Below the pieces are notes generated by a model that was given only the letters and a program-made list of their open reading frames with translations, was not told the origin of the DNA and ran no database searches. A stretch of 63,696 nt of DNA, the filler included, from Choristocarpus tenellus KU-1152 (taxonomy: Eukaryota; Protista; Phaeophyceae), in NCBI GenBank assembly GCA_964200185.2. It is 13 parts of 13 records of this genome, joined end to end, with 100 filler letters (N's around TTAATTAATTAA, not from the genome) between each part and the next. Parts side by side here need not be neighbours in the genome. Positions count along the whole stretch, not along the records: positions 10,859 to 21,072 come from CAXNAD020003073.1; positions 21,173 to 26,577 come from CAXNAD020010892.1; 11 more parts are not named here. One strand, 5' to 3'. This document shows, piece by piece, positions 12,426 through 25,800 of this stretch. The first letter of the stretch is position 1. Every line of letters begins with the position of its first letter. Position numbers and translations under genes: made by a program.

Positions 12426-14163
12426 GGGTAGACGAGTGGAGATGGCATGGCATCTCCCTGTCCTTACTGTCCTTGGAAAGGGCCTTTCTCTCGCAACATA
12501 AAACAAAAACAAACAGTGCTAATAAAATAAGTAATAAAATACCAAAATACTAATAAAATAAATAATAGAATACTAATAAAATAATAGCAATAATTACAGC
12601 ATTCAAACCAGCGACTATAAAAAAGAAAAAACAGTAGTGAGACAGTAACAAAGTTGGTAATTGCAATCAGTATAGGAAAGCAACAACAAAGGCGCCAATA
12701 ATAATAATAAAAAGAAAGAAAAAGAAAGTAGCATTACTAACAATAATGCATATATATGCATATATATACCTTCTGTACAACACTGGTAGGTTAGATGTTA
12801 GTCCATAGTTATCTGTCAAGGAAATTGTGGTTTCCATCCTGACCATCAACTACATTTCGCTTTGCTCACAATTAGTTAATTCTGGATTAATTAGTTAATT
12901 AGTTAATTAGTTAATTAGTTAATTCTGGATAAATTAGTTAGCCTCGGCTTAACCTTCCATCCAATACAATACACTACAATAAAAGTAATAAAGTGGAAGA
13001 AAATTGTATTAATAGCAATAATGCGTATGTATATATGTATATACCTTCTATACAAAATTACAAAAACAAGAGTATTGTATTCACATAAACTAATACATCA
13101 ACCCAGTATTGGTTTTACACGAAAAATACAGCATACCCCATGTTCTGTGCGTGTATAGGCTGCATTCGTGCATCTCCTTTCTCCAAATGTTAGAAAGCCA
13201 GCATAGTTTTTTCAACATAGTTGAATGGATGGACTGTTTGATGAATGGGCGGATCAACATACAAACGGATATTGCATCAACTAGCCTGAACTGAGAAATG
13301 GATGTCATAAACAAATTTAATTAATTAATAGATTGCATGAGCAGATGGGAGGGAGGTAGTGCACAATGATGTCGAGGCAATCCTGTTTCGAAAAAGATAC
13401 TTCTATAATTGTTGCTCCCCTAGTGTAAATATGAAAAAGAGAAGAATTAATGTGGAAGGTAGAGTGAATAATGAACTAACAATAATAAACTAATAATAAT
13501 AAACTAAGAATAATGAACTAATACTGATAAACTAAAATAATGAGCTAATGATAATGAACTAATGATAATGAACTAATAATAATAAACTAATAATAATAAG
13601 CTCCTACAAGAATAGTCACAGTCACAGCTAGCCTTCGCTTGGCAATGAGAACTCTCCAACCCCAATGTCAGCATAGGTTCTACAGACCGAATCATTTTCG
13701 CTTTTTTTTTTTAACGAGATGCAGACGGAACCAAAAATCCTGCAAAAAAAAATCTCTGAAATCAGACTGCAATTTCCTCTTGAGATCTTACTTGTATGTA
13801 TCAGACCACCATCAACAACAAAGAACAAGGTTGAGGGGATACGATTACCAGGTTGCAATTGCATCAATTCTAACCCTAACCCATCGAAAAAATAAATAAA
13901 TAGGTGCATCAACGAACTGCATTGAACCATAAGGGTGATTCAATCTTCAAACAAAACACTGTTGCACTGTTTGAGATTCTGTGACACAGCCCAAGAACAC
14001 GCCGTGATAGAGAGGTGAGTAAGAGAGAGAGAGAGAGAGATCTTTATACCTGTGAAGAAAATTCTTCAAGAAAATTCCAGCTCAAGATTTTTTTTTTTTC
14101 AAGGGACCGTGACAATCACTGCCAACAAGAAGATTTCGATTCTCACATCAAGCAAGCCTGTTT

Positions 14164-15738
14164 TCACACCCACCCCCACCATTGATATACAACCTTCCAG
14201 AAGGAAAGAGCGGCCCACCTGAGGAGCCTACGTCGGTGGTGCTTCTCTGCTCTCCCATACCCGGCCTCCAACTTTAGCGTAAGCATTGCCATGCGGGCGG
14301 GGCCAATGACAGCCCAAGCATGTAGCAGTCGTACAAAATAGATACAACCAGTCGCCTTCTTCCAACGTGCAAACGCACACGACTGGGTCCCTGCTGAGGC
14401 AGTTGCCGCAGTCTTCTCGGCCAGGCCCCTTAGCCTTCGATGCTGTTTGGCATTGTCCCGCCAGATATGCAATATCTCCCTGCAACGTTCCGTCAATGCC
14501 ACTGCCTTCCAAACTTCCCATGCTTGTTCCAGTGGCCGGCGCCACAATATGTTTGCAACAATGGAGGCGCCTCGCTCCTGCCTACTCCGCTGGCATATTA
14601 CTTTCAGTTGGTGAAGCGCCCGGGACATCTTGCCAGCCTCCAATAGGGCGGGGACAGCGGTGGCCACAGCACGACGGTGCCGGCGCTCCGGGGCCCATCC
14701 CATCCAGATGTGAAGGGCCCTCGACTGACATCGGATGAGGGAGCGCACCTTGAGTGCTGCGACTCCGGCCCGGAGCTCTGCTAACTGGCTTGCCCGTGCT
14801 GTCCAGTCCGCAAGCACCACCCGCAGGACAAATCGGGAACGTGCGTATGCTTGAAGGCTACGCAATACCCAACGCAATTTTCGCCAACGGTGGATATAGG
14901 TTGCTAGGTCGAGCTGGGCTTTTTCAGTTTCACTTCCCTCGAAAAGTTGCCTTGTGCATTTACCCTCCTCCTGTACTGCACTGTTCCATGTATGGTCTCC
15001 GTTTCCAAACGATGACTTAGCATATATCGACATTGCAAGTCCCCTTGCTTTTGGTCCTACCCCTTCTACACAGCCATTCCACTCACCTGATGTACCTCTC
15101 GACCCAATCCCAGCCCCCACTTTTGCTACGAACTTTCCTCGCTCCGATAACCTAGATGTCAAGGCAGGCGAGCTAGGTGAGACCTGTGGATCCTTCCTCA
15201 GCCCTACGGCGGACCAAGAGATATTCCGTCCAGATCTACTTGCAACAATCGCTCCTTGTTTGTGGCCTTTTCCGCGGGTCAGGAATTTCCCCGCCATCAA
15301 TCGATGGCTCTCCCCTTGATATGCCAAGACTAATCTACTGGAAGAAGGTGCGAGCATGGAGGGTGATCGTTTGTCTATGAGATATAAATCTCTCTTGGCT
15401 CTGGTCGAACTGCCACTAGTTCCATCACAGACTGCAACATTACTCATTCTTTGACCTTGAGCTCTCCCAAGCCCCAGACCTTGCATTCGATCTAATTGAT
15501 AGGCAGCCTCGTGAAATTCAATTATCTTTGGACTGGAATTGGATGCAGACGTGGGGGACAACAGGGGATCCACGAACGGTTCTTCCTTCATGCCACTCCT
15601 ATTTATACAATCCTTATCACCAGAGACTTGTAAGTTGCACTGAGATACGGCTGAGAGGATGCGCTCTAGCTGAGCCTCTATCATATCGTGGCTCGGTGTA
15701 CATGGATTCCTCCCAGCAACATAGTTGAAGTTGGCCAT
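14164..15738 (-). CDS. Large first exon of an Sfi1-repeat-like protein (W-spaced helical repeats)
   Basis: 524-aa ORF; low-complexity N-terminus, then periodic motifs such as SRALHIWMGW, EQAWEVWK, EILHIWR, CAFARWK and ALSFWK; likely donor near 14193. Confidence 0.65.
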   Translation of the reverse strand: MANFNYVAGRNPCTPSHDMIEAQLERILSAVSQCNLQVSGDKDCINRSGMKEEPFVDPLLSPTSASNSSPKIIEFHEAAYQLDRMQGLGLGRAQGQRMSNVAVCDGTSGSSTRAKRDLYLIDKRSPSMLAPSSSRLVLAYQGESHRLMAGKFLTRGKGHKQGAIVASRSGRNISWSAVGLRKDPQVSPSSPALTSRLSERGKFVAKVGAGIGSRGTSGEWNGCVEGVGPKARGLAMSIYAKSSFGNGDHTWNSAVQEEGKCTRQLFEGSETEKAQLDLATYIHRWRKLRWVLRSLQAYARSRFVLRVVLADWTARASQLAELRAGVAALKVRSLIRCQSRALHIWMGWAPERRHRRAVATAVPALLEAGKMSRALHQLKVICQRSRQERGASIVANILWRRPLEQAWEVWKAVALTERCREILHIWRDNAKQHRRLRGLAEKTAATASAGTQSCAFARWKKATGCIYFVRLLHAWAVIGPARMAMLTLKLEAGYGRAEKHHRRRLLRWAALSFWKVVYQWWGWV

Positions 15739-15994
15739 AGGTCTCTGGGGGATCTATGGGGACGCAACACAACCGAACAACACCTCTCTCCCTCCTCTCC
15801 ACAATGAAATCAAAACGTTTGTACCAACGATTTTAAAAGTTCAGGTAATAACAGAACTGGCTCTATGCTGTCAAAGAAAAAGAGAGAGGGGTTGAACTAT
15901 TAATAAACCAACCCAATTAATTGTCCTGTTCAACACTGCAGTGGCGGTGTAGACGTATATATATCCTTACGGTTTGTGCAGAGTTGCGTCGACT

Positions 15995-16777
15995 ATGGCG
16001 TCTTCCCGTGAGCAATGTATCCTTGAGTTGATGGAGCTCTTTGTGGAGAAGGATTGCATCCCTGCAGAAGAAGTGTACTCGAGGCAGGTGGAGGAGATCG
16101 CATTGAGGACAGGTTCAAGATGGAGCGAGATACCTGCAGTGATGGAAACTTTGAAGTCCAAAGCGAAGTCCCTAGGACTCTGGAATCTCTTCATGCCCAA
16201 GGTGGAATAATTATGCAGCACTTGGGCACTCGGTGAAGGGTTTCATGGGGACTGTGGTTACAGAAGTTTATGGTTCTGGGGCTTGTGATATTGCTGCTAT
16301 TGGCGAATCTCCCTAATGGTGTCTCCCTTCCTCCTGTTACTATTGTTGTCCCTCTCTCACACCTTACACTGGCAATCCGCCATGATATTCTTACACTCGT
16401 CCTGTGGTAGGGGCATGAGGGGAGCACAGGCGTTGGAATGCAGGAATACGCTGCCATGAGCGAGGTAATTACTTGTATTTGATCATATACGCCCTCTCCT
16501 GTTCGTCTTTTCTACTATACACGCAGCAGTGAACGGTGCCCAATGCCCCCGATCTACTTGCAAATCCGATCAGTTAGTCTACTCTTGTATGGGGTTCGTT
16601 CTACACGGATTCTATCTTGACCAAACATGTGATGTTGTGACCCATCTCGGGCAAGACTCTTGACCTGCACCCTCTTCCAATCTGGACATTATTGACTGTT
16701 TCACGCAGCTGATGGGCCGCTCGTTCGTTGCACCAGAGGCATGTAACTGTGGTGCTCCAGACACGGGCAACATGGAG
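15995..16777 (+). CDS. Acyl-CoA dehydrogenase, ACAD10/11 (IBR3-like) family; exons 15995-16201, 16411-16464, 16709-16777 (partial)
   Basis: Spliced product ...[17 protein letters not shown]|[18 protein letters not shown]|[23 protein letters not shown]; family motifs GLWNLF and [10 protein letters not shown]; all junctions phase-0 GT-AG. Confidence 0.92.
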
Positions 16778-18792
16778 GTGAGCTCAAGACGGGGTAGTCC
16801 AAAGAAGTATGTTGGCAAGTTCCAGACATGCGATCCTCACTGTTATTTTTTGGACCCATAGTACTAAGGCCTATTCCCGTTATAGCGGATATTTACAGAG
16901 GTTATCATCAGCAGATCAGCCGATGAATCGACTGACGGGTGCAATGCGAGCCAAGAAAGGTAACTTGTCCACATCTGGACAAGTATACTCAATAACATGA
17001 CCCATGGCCAACCATTTCCTCGGGCAACTATCAACATCTATAAGTCGTACCTGTATGATGTACACAGTACATGTAATCTCGGACTTAGGGTTAGGTTTCC
17101 AGCTCCATACCTCGTCATACGCAAGATTAAACACTAGAATCGGTAGATTAAAAAGTTCACACGGCATGGAACACATCATTGAACACTGCCAATCGTCTTT
17201 TACGTACTGCTTTGGGTGTGTTGATAGCTCTTGCAAGTAAGTAGAGAACGTCACTGTTGTGGTATCTCCCTATCCATGTCAGTGTTCCCCACCATACCAA
17301 TGTCAAGAGGACGGGATAGCTCTGTTCAAGTGGGAGGTTCAATTTGTTGAAGTGTTACTTTTTGTATCATGTGTCCTCACCCCCTCAATCCTACTTGCTT
17401 TTGTTGTAATTTTTACTATTTTTTCTAGGTAGGACTCGTTCTATTGCATGGTGCAAGAGAGATCTGTGATGAATCTAAGGTTCACTGTTTCTTTAAGTGA
17501 CTATATGCACTAGCGACGTATATATCAAATAACTAATATTCTTTGTGCTGTGTGTCTTCTTGGTTGGTTATCCTTCTGAATGGCAGCACCACATCCACAC
17601 TGTTTGCAATCTTACATTATTTTTTGTACTAATAATTATATAATTGCGGGTGCTGTCATCAATGGGCAGGCGGTGCAATGCGTGGTAAACCTAACACAAT
17701 TGGTATGAGAGAGCAGTATTGTAGCACATAGCTAGTTTTGTAGTGTTGTGAATTTATATCAACTGGGAAAGAGTGTTTATCTGCTACTAATAGCTCAAAA
17801 TCAAAACGCACATGATACACGCCAACTGGTTTGGAGAACCACAGATGAGAAAGTCATCTGCGTGTCAAGGGGTGCCACCAGAGGCGAAACTTTTCCAGGC
17901 TCACATGAGTTGCTTGCTCTCTTTTCCCACAAGTGCACACGCTACCTTGACGTAATGTCTGAGAGACTGATACACGTATCACAGCCCATCACAATAAAGC
18001 AGCAGAGAGAACTTGGCCCGTTTTGGTGCCTCGCAACCTTGAAAAATGATACCATACGCCCCTGCCCTGACTGCCCAAAGCAGACCCTTTGTCCTTCTTC
18101 CTGCCCTCCTTCGACTCACAAGAAGCTTCCTCGAGTCCGGGCATGGAGCCCTTGGGGGTCATTTCTTTGATTCAAGTTGCTGACCTTTCAATCACCACCA
18201 ATTCGATCTTGGCATCAGAAAGGTTTTCCCACTTTCTACACAGGTTGAACACATGGCTAAATTGGGCGTTCTCCCTCTTGTACATGTTGGCAAGTGTATA
18301 CACTCCAAAGAGAGTGCCGTATGCCAACAGCTCTCAACCCAACGGCCTTCATTGGTGCCCGCCCACTCCTTCACATGCTTCAAGTCCTTTTCTGCTGCCA
18401 ATTGTCACATTCAACCCTTGGTTGTTTTCTTCCCACCCTCTGCTTTTCATGCCACCATGATCCTTCTTCGCACACGGTAGGGCATATCCGGCAGACGGGT
18501 CAACATCAGACTCATGGTCTAGGTGCTCACCCCATTGTCACCAGAATGCCCCGGTGGCATCGCTCACAGTGGTTGCTCATGTACTCGTGGGAGTTGCTTA
18601 GTGACTGACCTTGCTTGTGTGATCCACGCACATACTCCAAAATGTAAAAAAAATAACAATGTAAGAAAATAACAATGGGATAAAAAAGTGGAAAAAAAAA
18701 GTGGAAAAAAAAAACTGAAAAGTGTAAGGAAAATAATGAAAAAAAAGAATAATCCACCCCTCGACGATTTCGATTTCGAACAACCGTGGTTT

Positions 18793-19699
18793 AAGGGAAT
18801 CGCTACCACTACCATTCACAAGACTATCCATGAGTTGCAGTAAGTAGTGGTGAAGGGCGAGGCGGCGTGAGGTAGTTAGACGAACCCCCCTCAGGACGGA
18901 TGAACAAGCGCACAACACAACTACCTGATGAGGAAAAGTACAAATCCGGTCGTTAGCACATGCTGTGGCGTTCTTCTTCTATCGACACGGTAGGATCTGT
19001 TTATATATACCTATCTCTATATATACACATTGAAAGTTCCCGATACAAAAAGGTGCAATAAAACACTATCGAATCTAAGCCCCACATTGAAATTTTACAT
19101 AAACCAGCAAAATATAGATAGATAGATAGATAGATAGATACACATTGCACAACCACATTGTTGCACTCCACACTCCACCAGAACATGTCTGCACTATGAT
19201 TAGCGAGGGAAAGTGTGTTTTTCTTACATTCCGCCATTTTCCATGACGATATACCCTCGTACACCACGCTCCGCCTTCATCCAGGAATGCAACCTGGGGG
19301 CCACCGGTATCCCCAAGTTTGCCAACGAGGCCAGGACGAGGGCCTCATTGGTAGGGTCGTCTGAGAGCCTATTGTACGATTTTATCACCTAGGGGCGTTA
19401 CGACCGAAGAGGATAGAAATGTTGAAACCGTGACCTGGGCGAGGTAGGCGATCGTCGTTTCCGTTTTCACCTCGAGTACTTGTCTCCTTTTGGAGAATCA
19501 ATGCTTCATCTGTCCTTACCAGGTTGTCCTGCTCTGGCCCGAAAGGCATGACTATCCCAGTCCCTCCCGACTTCGTCCTTAAGAGTCTCCTGTTGGTGGT
19601 GGTGGAGAGGGCGTTAGTTTGGGAAGGGAAATCCGTCCTGGATACGGACGGGGTCGCAAATGTCTCCACACACCTTCGTAAGAAAGCTTCTTCAGCCAT
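18793..19699 (-). CDS. Possible multi-exon gene of unknown function
   Basis: ATG at 19699 (MAEEAFLRR...) to donor CTG|gtaagg at 19520; candidate exons near 19260-19368 and 18793-18924; phases not resolved. Confidence 0.3.
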
Positions 19700-20120
19700 G
19701 GCAATCTTGACCTTGGCTTGCACGTCTATTGTTGTTGCTCTTGTATAAATAGCGCGCAATCTTCGATTCGGTATCTACCAAAGTGCCACTATGGGGTGAG
19801 GTTGGGAGGAGTTTCAGTTTCGGGGTGTAGTTTCCATCGTGTACTTGGAGTACGGATTCTACATCAAAATGTTACACTATTTATTATGTTATAGTAGGAT
19901 ATTTATTATTAGTATTTGAAAAGAAGAAATATCTACAACTATCAAACAACTGCTACTTCAAGTGTGTAATGCGTGTAGAGTGAGTTCATTCCAGTACCTG
20001 TCTTGTTGCAAAACAAGAATCGCAATTCCTGACCCTCCTTCGGACCAAAGGGGGATGGAACAGGGACGTAGATTATGAGGGGCAGTCAGTTCACCTTGTA
20101 GATACGATAACTAACCACAG

Positions 20121-20711
20121 CGGCATGGCGGTAGCATGGTGCCAAGGGACACCGATGACGCCTTCTGTGAGAGGGTGTCTGTCGCCCGCGTACTCTTACC
20201 AAGTCAAGAGCTGGACACGAGTCAAGATGTGACGTATAGAGTTGCTGGCCTACTCGAGCATGTATCTTTAATGCCCCACAAGTTGCGCCTTGGATTGCCT
20301 GGTGGGTAGGCCCAGGACGCTGACGACGTGGACTTGTTGTGTGTGCTTTCCACGGCAGACGGGATATGTTACGATTACGACAGCCGATGCGGGCTGAAGG
20401 AGCTGACCTTTGCGATGGCACTTTTTCTTCGTTGGCATCGCAGCGGATGAAGCGCTTGCCCTTGCTAAACGTACGTGGGAAACACCCGTATCCTTTCGCA
20501 CAAGTTATCGGGGTTCCCACCAGCACGTTACGACCTCGTCTGCGATTGTATGTGATGCCAATGACCCCGCAGCTGCGAGATGAGATGTTCACTGGCGAGG
20601 TGTGTCTCAACCGTGACGAGTTTCGGGTTGTCTCGAACGCGTATCATGGGGAGAAGTCCAAGGACAAGGGAAGTGCTATGACACTGGGTCTATCTTCAGA
20701 AACAACATCGG
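20121..20711 (+). CDS. Two exons of an unknown gene (20121-20305, 20359-20711)
   Basis: Open frames joined by a phase-2-compatible 53-nt GT-AG intron; donor near 20712; no domain recognised. Confidence 0.45.
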
Positions 20712-22808
20712 GTCAGTCTGTTGGGTGGTACCCCCCCTCTCTTGTGTTTTGTGCTCTGCGTCTGTCAGTCAGGCAGTTGTTGGCTTCTTGAACCGATTTC
20801 TGGCAGGATTGATATTGGGCACGCATTATGTTGGGTTCCCGATGGTGCAGCTCGTCTTGTTGTAGGTGTGACCATTGCGTACGGGCGGGGCGTTGTTGTG
20901 TTCCCAGAGCGTAGCTTCGTGTGAGGTTGTCCTCTCCTTACTGAACCCATCCCGCCTATGACGGGAGAATGCAAGCGCCGTAATGATCCTACTATTCCCC
21001 CCCCCCCCCCCCCCGTTGTGCTCCGACTGGGTGTGTTTTTCTTTTTTTGTTTCGGCGTAGTCTTCACTGCTTNNNNNNNNNNNNNNNNNNNNNNNNNNNN
21101 NNNNNNNNNNNNNNNNTTAATTAATTAANNNNNNNNNNNNNNNNNNNNNNNNNNNNNNNNNNNNNNNNNNNNCCCCCCACCCACCCATCTCCTTTTTCTA
21201 GAGATTAATGTAAGAGATACATATTTTGCCCAGGTGAAAGAAGAAGCGTGATGTTTTTGTACAAATAAAAAATTGTAAAATGATATGAATTACGGTCTTA
21301 CTTAAATAAATGGTTAAATTAAATTTGTGAAAATGTAACTGATGATTTCGAGAACAAAATTACCGTTTGTTTTTTTATTATTTGAAGAGGGTCCTGTTTA
21401 CAATTATTGCTATTTGAAATGTCTTCTAATAATAATGATGATGATGATGATGGTGATGGGAGGTGTTCTATTTTGCAGTGGTCATATGGTGCACAGCTCG
21501 ATAAACCCTAACCCTAACCCTATCTCGGATGTCTGTATCTTTCTTGTGATAGAATTATCTTTCTTGTGATTGTAAGCGAGTAATAAATAAATGATTTAAT
21601 AATGTAAGCACTTTCAAATCCTTTCTTGTTCTATTTTTTTTTAATGATAATTAAATTATTTTTTAAATGTGTATCTACTTGTTTTTAATTTTTTTCTGTT
21701 GGAGTTCTATTTAAAAAATAAGAAAGGATTGCAGTTACAAAATTAGTTGCTGATATATAAAAAGTAAAAAAAATCCCTTCAAGCATTAAAAAAAATGTGG
21801 TAGAAAGGAAACATCTTTTTTTATCTTTTGAAGATAAGAAAAATTGAGATTTTTTTTAGGGTTTTATATTTGAACAGTGTGTTGTAGTCATTGTTCTTGC
21901 TGATGTAAATTGCTCACCTTGGATGGCTTTCCGCTTTTGTAACTCTTCTGTTATTATATCAGTATGAATATTATTTTTTATATCATACATATTATTTTTT
22001 GTATGTAAGACGAATTTCATCAATACTTAGTCGTGTTAATATAGGTGTGTTACAGGAACTACCTGTAGTGGTATTAGCGTTTTGAACTGGATTGTGTTTG
22101 ACAGAAAATAGACCATCACTGTTAGGGTCAAATACAAACTGGTCTGAGAATGTTAGGGTTAGGGTTAGGGGGATGTTAGTCGCTGCTGACTCTTGGAACC
22201 AGCCCCCTATAACCATAACCCTAAGTTGTGTGTGACGTTTGTGTACCCCCACTGGTGATGGTGCTCTGTTGATGTTTCTCAACTGGTTTCACTGGTGATG
22301 TCGAGACTTTTTTTCCGCTGCTGCTGAATGAGACGACAATTTATTCTTTATTTTGTTATGTGTGGGTATAAAAAAATTTAAAAAATCCTAACCCGATGGG
22401 CTTTTTTTTTGGTCAGATTTTTTTTCTTTTTAAGCTGCTGATGTAACGTCTGGTGTGTGCCCGATCTGATTTTTTTTTGTGAGAAAACTGTCTTCGTGTA
22501 GTGTGATAATGATAATAATAGTGATGGTAATGGTTTCAGCAACACATAAAGTGTGCACATCTATGTTTGTATGTGTACATAGATAATTTGGTACATACAC
22601 ATACATAGATGTGCACTTGCAAGGCATTAATATGCATTTTATTTATTTGTGTGTGTGTGTGTTGCAAAGTGTGGTACGATTTGTGAAGTCTTGCCAATTA
22701 CTTTTTTTTTTAATGCATATTTTTTATTACTCTTGTGCTCTAAAATATTGTATTTTTATTATGTAAAAATAAAAAATAAACTAATTTATGTGTTTGGATG
22801 TGTTGCAG

Positions 22809-25800
22809 GTGGAGGAGTCTCTCTTCAGCTTGTTGTCCCGATGTATTTCCAGTGATCACTTCCAGGTTAGTTGAAGTTTGTCCAAGCTAGTTCAAGTTGT
22901 AGCTCAAGCTGAAGAAGATTTAATTCACCACTTGTTTTCTAATAGTAGAGAAGGATGGGGAGGGGGGGGGGTTACGTTTACTGTAGTATGGATTGTTTTT
23001 CTTTTTTTTGTTATATTGCAACAATTGTTATCTTTTTTTTATTACACGATGCTTTGAATTTTTATTATTTTATATGCGTTGTGGATGAGACTATCCTTTC
23101 TTCAAGTGCATTCATCAATGTATTATGATAAAATGTTGTGTACCATACATTGTTACATGCCTGTCTGGGTGTTGGAAAAGCCTGTCTAGGTGATGAAATA
23201 TTTTCCTCGTGTGTTGATTTAAAAAAATAATAATGCATGAAAGGTGATCATCTTGTGAATCTTAGATTGTCTTTTGCACTGAGGAGGTAATTGTTTTGTC
23301 GTTTAAAGGTAAAAGAAAAGAAAAGAAAAGGATAGATGTGATCTCTACTCTTTTAAATAGAGAACAATGAAAGGAGGGAAAGGTTCCAGAATAATAAAAA
23401 GTTGAAAATAATATATATTAAAAATGTGTATGTTTTTTAGTAAGAAATGTGCACAAGACATAGGTTGGCTAAAGTGTAGATGGTTAAGAATTAGAAGGGA
23501 AAAGTTCTAGAATTGAAAATAAATGTAAAACATTTGAAATAATAATTTTTCTTTTTAGTGCAAAAAATACGAAAGGAATTGATTAAAAGTGTTCTTGAAA
23601 TTAGAGAAATAAGGGATGTAAAAAGGTTTGGAAATATATATATATAATGTAGTCTGTTCTCCTTCTAGTGTGAGTGTTCCTTAGTTATTAGTGTATCACA
23701 CACATGTCTTGCAGAATCTATGACTTCACTGGGGGTTAACAGTATTTCATTGAAATGTACCCATGGGAGGAAGATTGAAGAGGTTGGAGAGGTCCGTGAT
23801 TGGAGGCGGTGGTAGGAACAAAATTAAAATATGTATATATATATATATATATATATTCGAGATCTTTAAAAAAAAATAGAGAGGGGAAAAAAAAAGTAGA
23901 GAGTTGTTAAAGGAGATACCCACATAGAATTATAAGGTGGTGGGAAAGGAAGGATAATGTGAGAAAGAGGAAGGGGAATGGAAAGATGTGGAGTGTAAGG
24001 TAAAAAGATACATACATATTTTTTTGTGAGCCGAAATGTTGTAAAAGAGGTTGAAAGATAGTGGTGTATGTCCTTGACACGAACTTTATATGTTTTAGGG
24101 TTAGCTAGTGGAAGTGGTAGTGGTAGTGTGTGAAAGTATCTTAGAGGGTGTATACCTTTGAGGGTGTATACCTTTGAGGTTGTATACCTTTGAGGGTGTA
24201 TACCTTTGAGGATGTATACCTTTTTGAGGGTGTATACCTTTGAGGTTGTATACCTTTTTGAGGGTGTATACCTTTGAGGTTGTATACCTTTTTGAGGGTG
24301 TATACCTTTTTGTCCGTTGGTGCTTGTCTTCCCATGTCTTTTTTTTTAACGATATTTTACCTACTCTGAAGTGTTTAGGAGTAGGTAGAATGTATATGTT
24401 ATGAAAAGGTATGTCCGGAAGAAGGATATTGACACTCCCTAACAAACATGATAGCCAACATTACATCAAAATCGCAACATTGGATCTTGGTCCCCAAATG
24501 GACGCGGCTCTAACCCTCTAAGATACTTTGACTCAGTGTTAGTGGTGGTAGTATGTGTCATGTTGATGACAAAAAAAAAGGGTATATACCTTCTTCGAAC
24601 GGACTGATTCAGTGATTGCTCTGTGATGTAACTTAGAAAGTGATATTTAACCCTTCTCGATAGCTAAGGTATTTGATGGTATTTGATGGTACAGAATGGG
24701 AATGGGATGAGAAAAGGGTATACCTCAGGGGCGTGCGTTCCTGTCATTTCTCTTTTGACTTTTTGTAGTATATATATATATTATATATACTTTTAACTTT
24801 TATGCAGAGGTCTGTTGCTATTCACCCGCAACATCATCATACAAGTTAAATACCATCAAAAGTATATACTACGAAAAGTGAGTGTTCTGAATGGAGATCG
24901 CATGATACACCATCGCTATGTTGTACATTCAGTTACATTATTGTAACTGATAAAACTGATAATGTAACTGTAGAAATTGAGACATGTCCGGATCGCCGAG
25001 CAGAGAGCGCACAGGATATATTGTCGCTAGAAAAAAAAAAAAATACATTGTGAAGAAAAAAAAATCCGCTCAATTTTTTTTTTTTAACGAAGTCCAATTG
25101 TGACGATTCGGTGCTTGGAAAAAATTTAGTGTGTATCAAACAACGGCACGCTGTCTTTGTATGCTTATATTGACATGAGGGGAGAATATATGTGCATATG
25201 TAGAGGTGTGTGGGGAGGGGGGGGGGGTTGCATTAGGTACATGCGTGAGTCCCCTCAAGAAATTGACATGAGAGTGTCAGGAGTGTATGTGCTCTTTTAT
25301 TTGAGATCGTTTGATGACATCCCTGCACAAGTTTTGTGTTTGAAGGGTGGTAGTGTGGTGGTGGTGGTGTTGTTAATAGTGATAGTGATAGTAATAGTAA
25401 CAGTATTCACTGGGTTATTTGTTATTTGATGAGGGTTCAGGGTTATTTGTCAGTAAGGTCTTTCTAATTGTTGGTATTTATTTATTTTTCGTTTGTTTTT
25501 TTTTTGAAATATCCATACATACAGCAGGGGGGCAGTGTCTAGAACAAGGCTGAAAATAAAAAAATAAATATACGGATACACACTTGTTGCGCATGCATGC
25601 ACACACAACATCAAAAAAAAAAATGTACATCACAGGTGGCCGAGCGTGCTCTATTTCTTTGGAACAATGAGCACCTGGTGAGCTCTGGAGTTCTTTCCCA
25701 GAACTACCCACGACCACTGTTACCGTTCTTGTATGGGCCCTTACGAGAACGCTCTACTAGACATTGGAACTCCACCGTGGAGACACTGGCAAACAACGTC

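Noticed and set aside
12082-12512. Asn/Ile/Val-rich ORFs
   Set aside because: Translations of a trinucleotide microsatellite.
24101-24445. Recurring short ORFs beginning MLxSVNIL (3643, 4066, 24101, 33006, 48195, 57037)
   Set aside because: Chance frames through non-coding MITE A copies with non-ATG starts and inconsistent stops.
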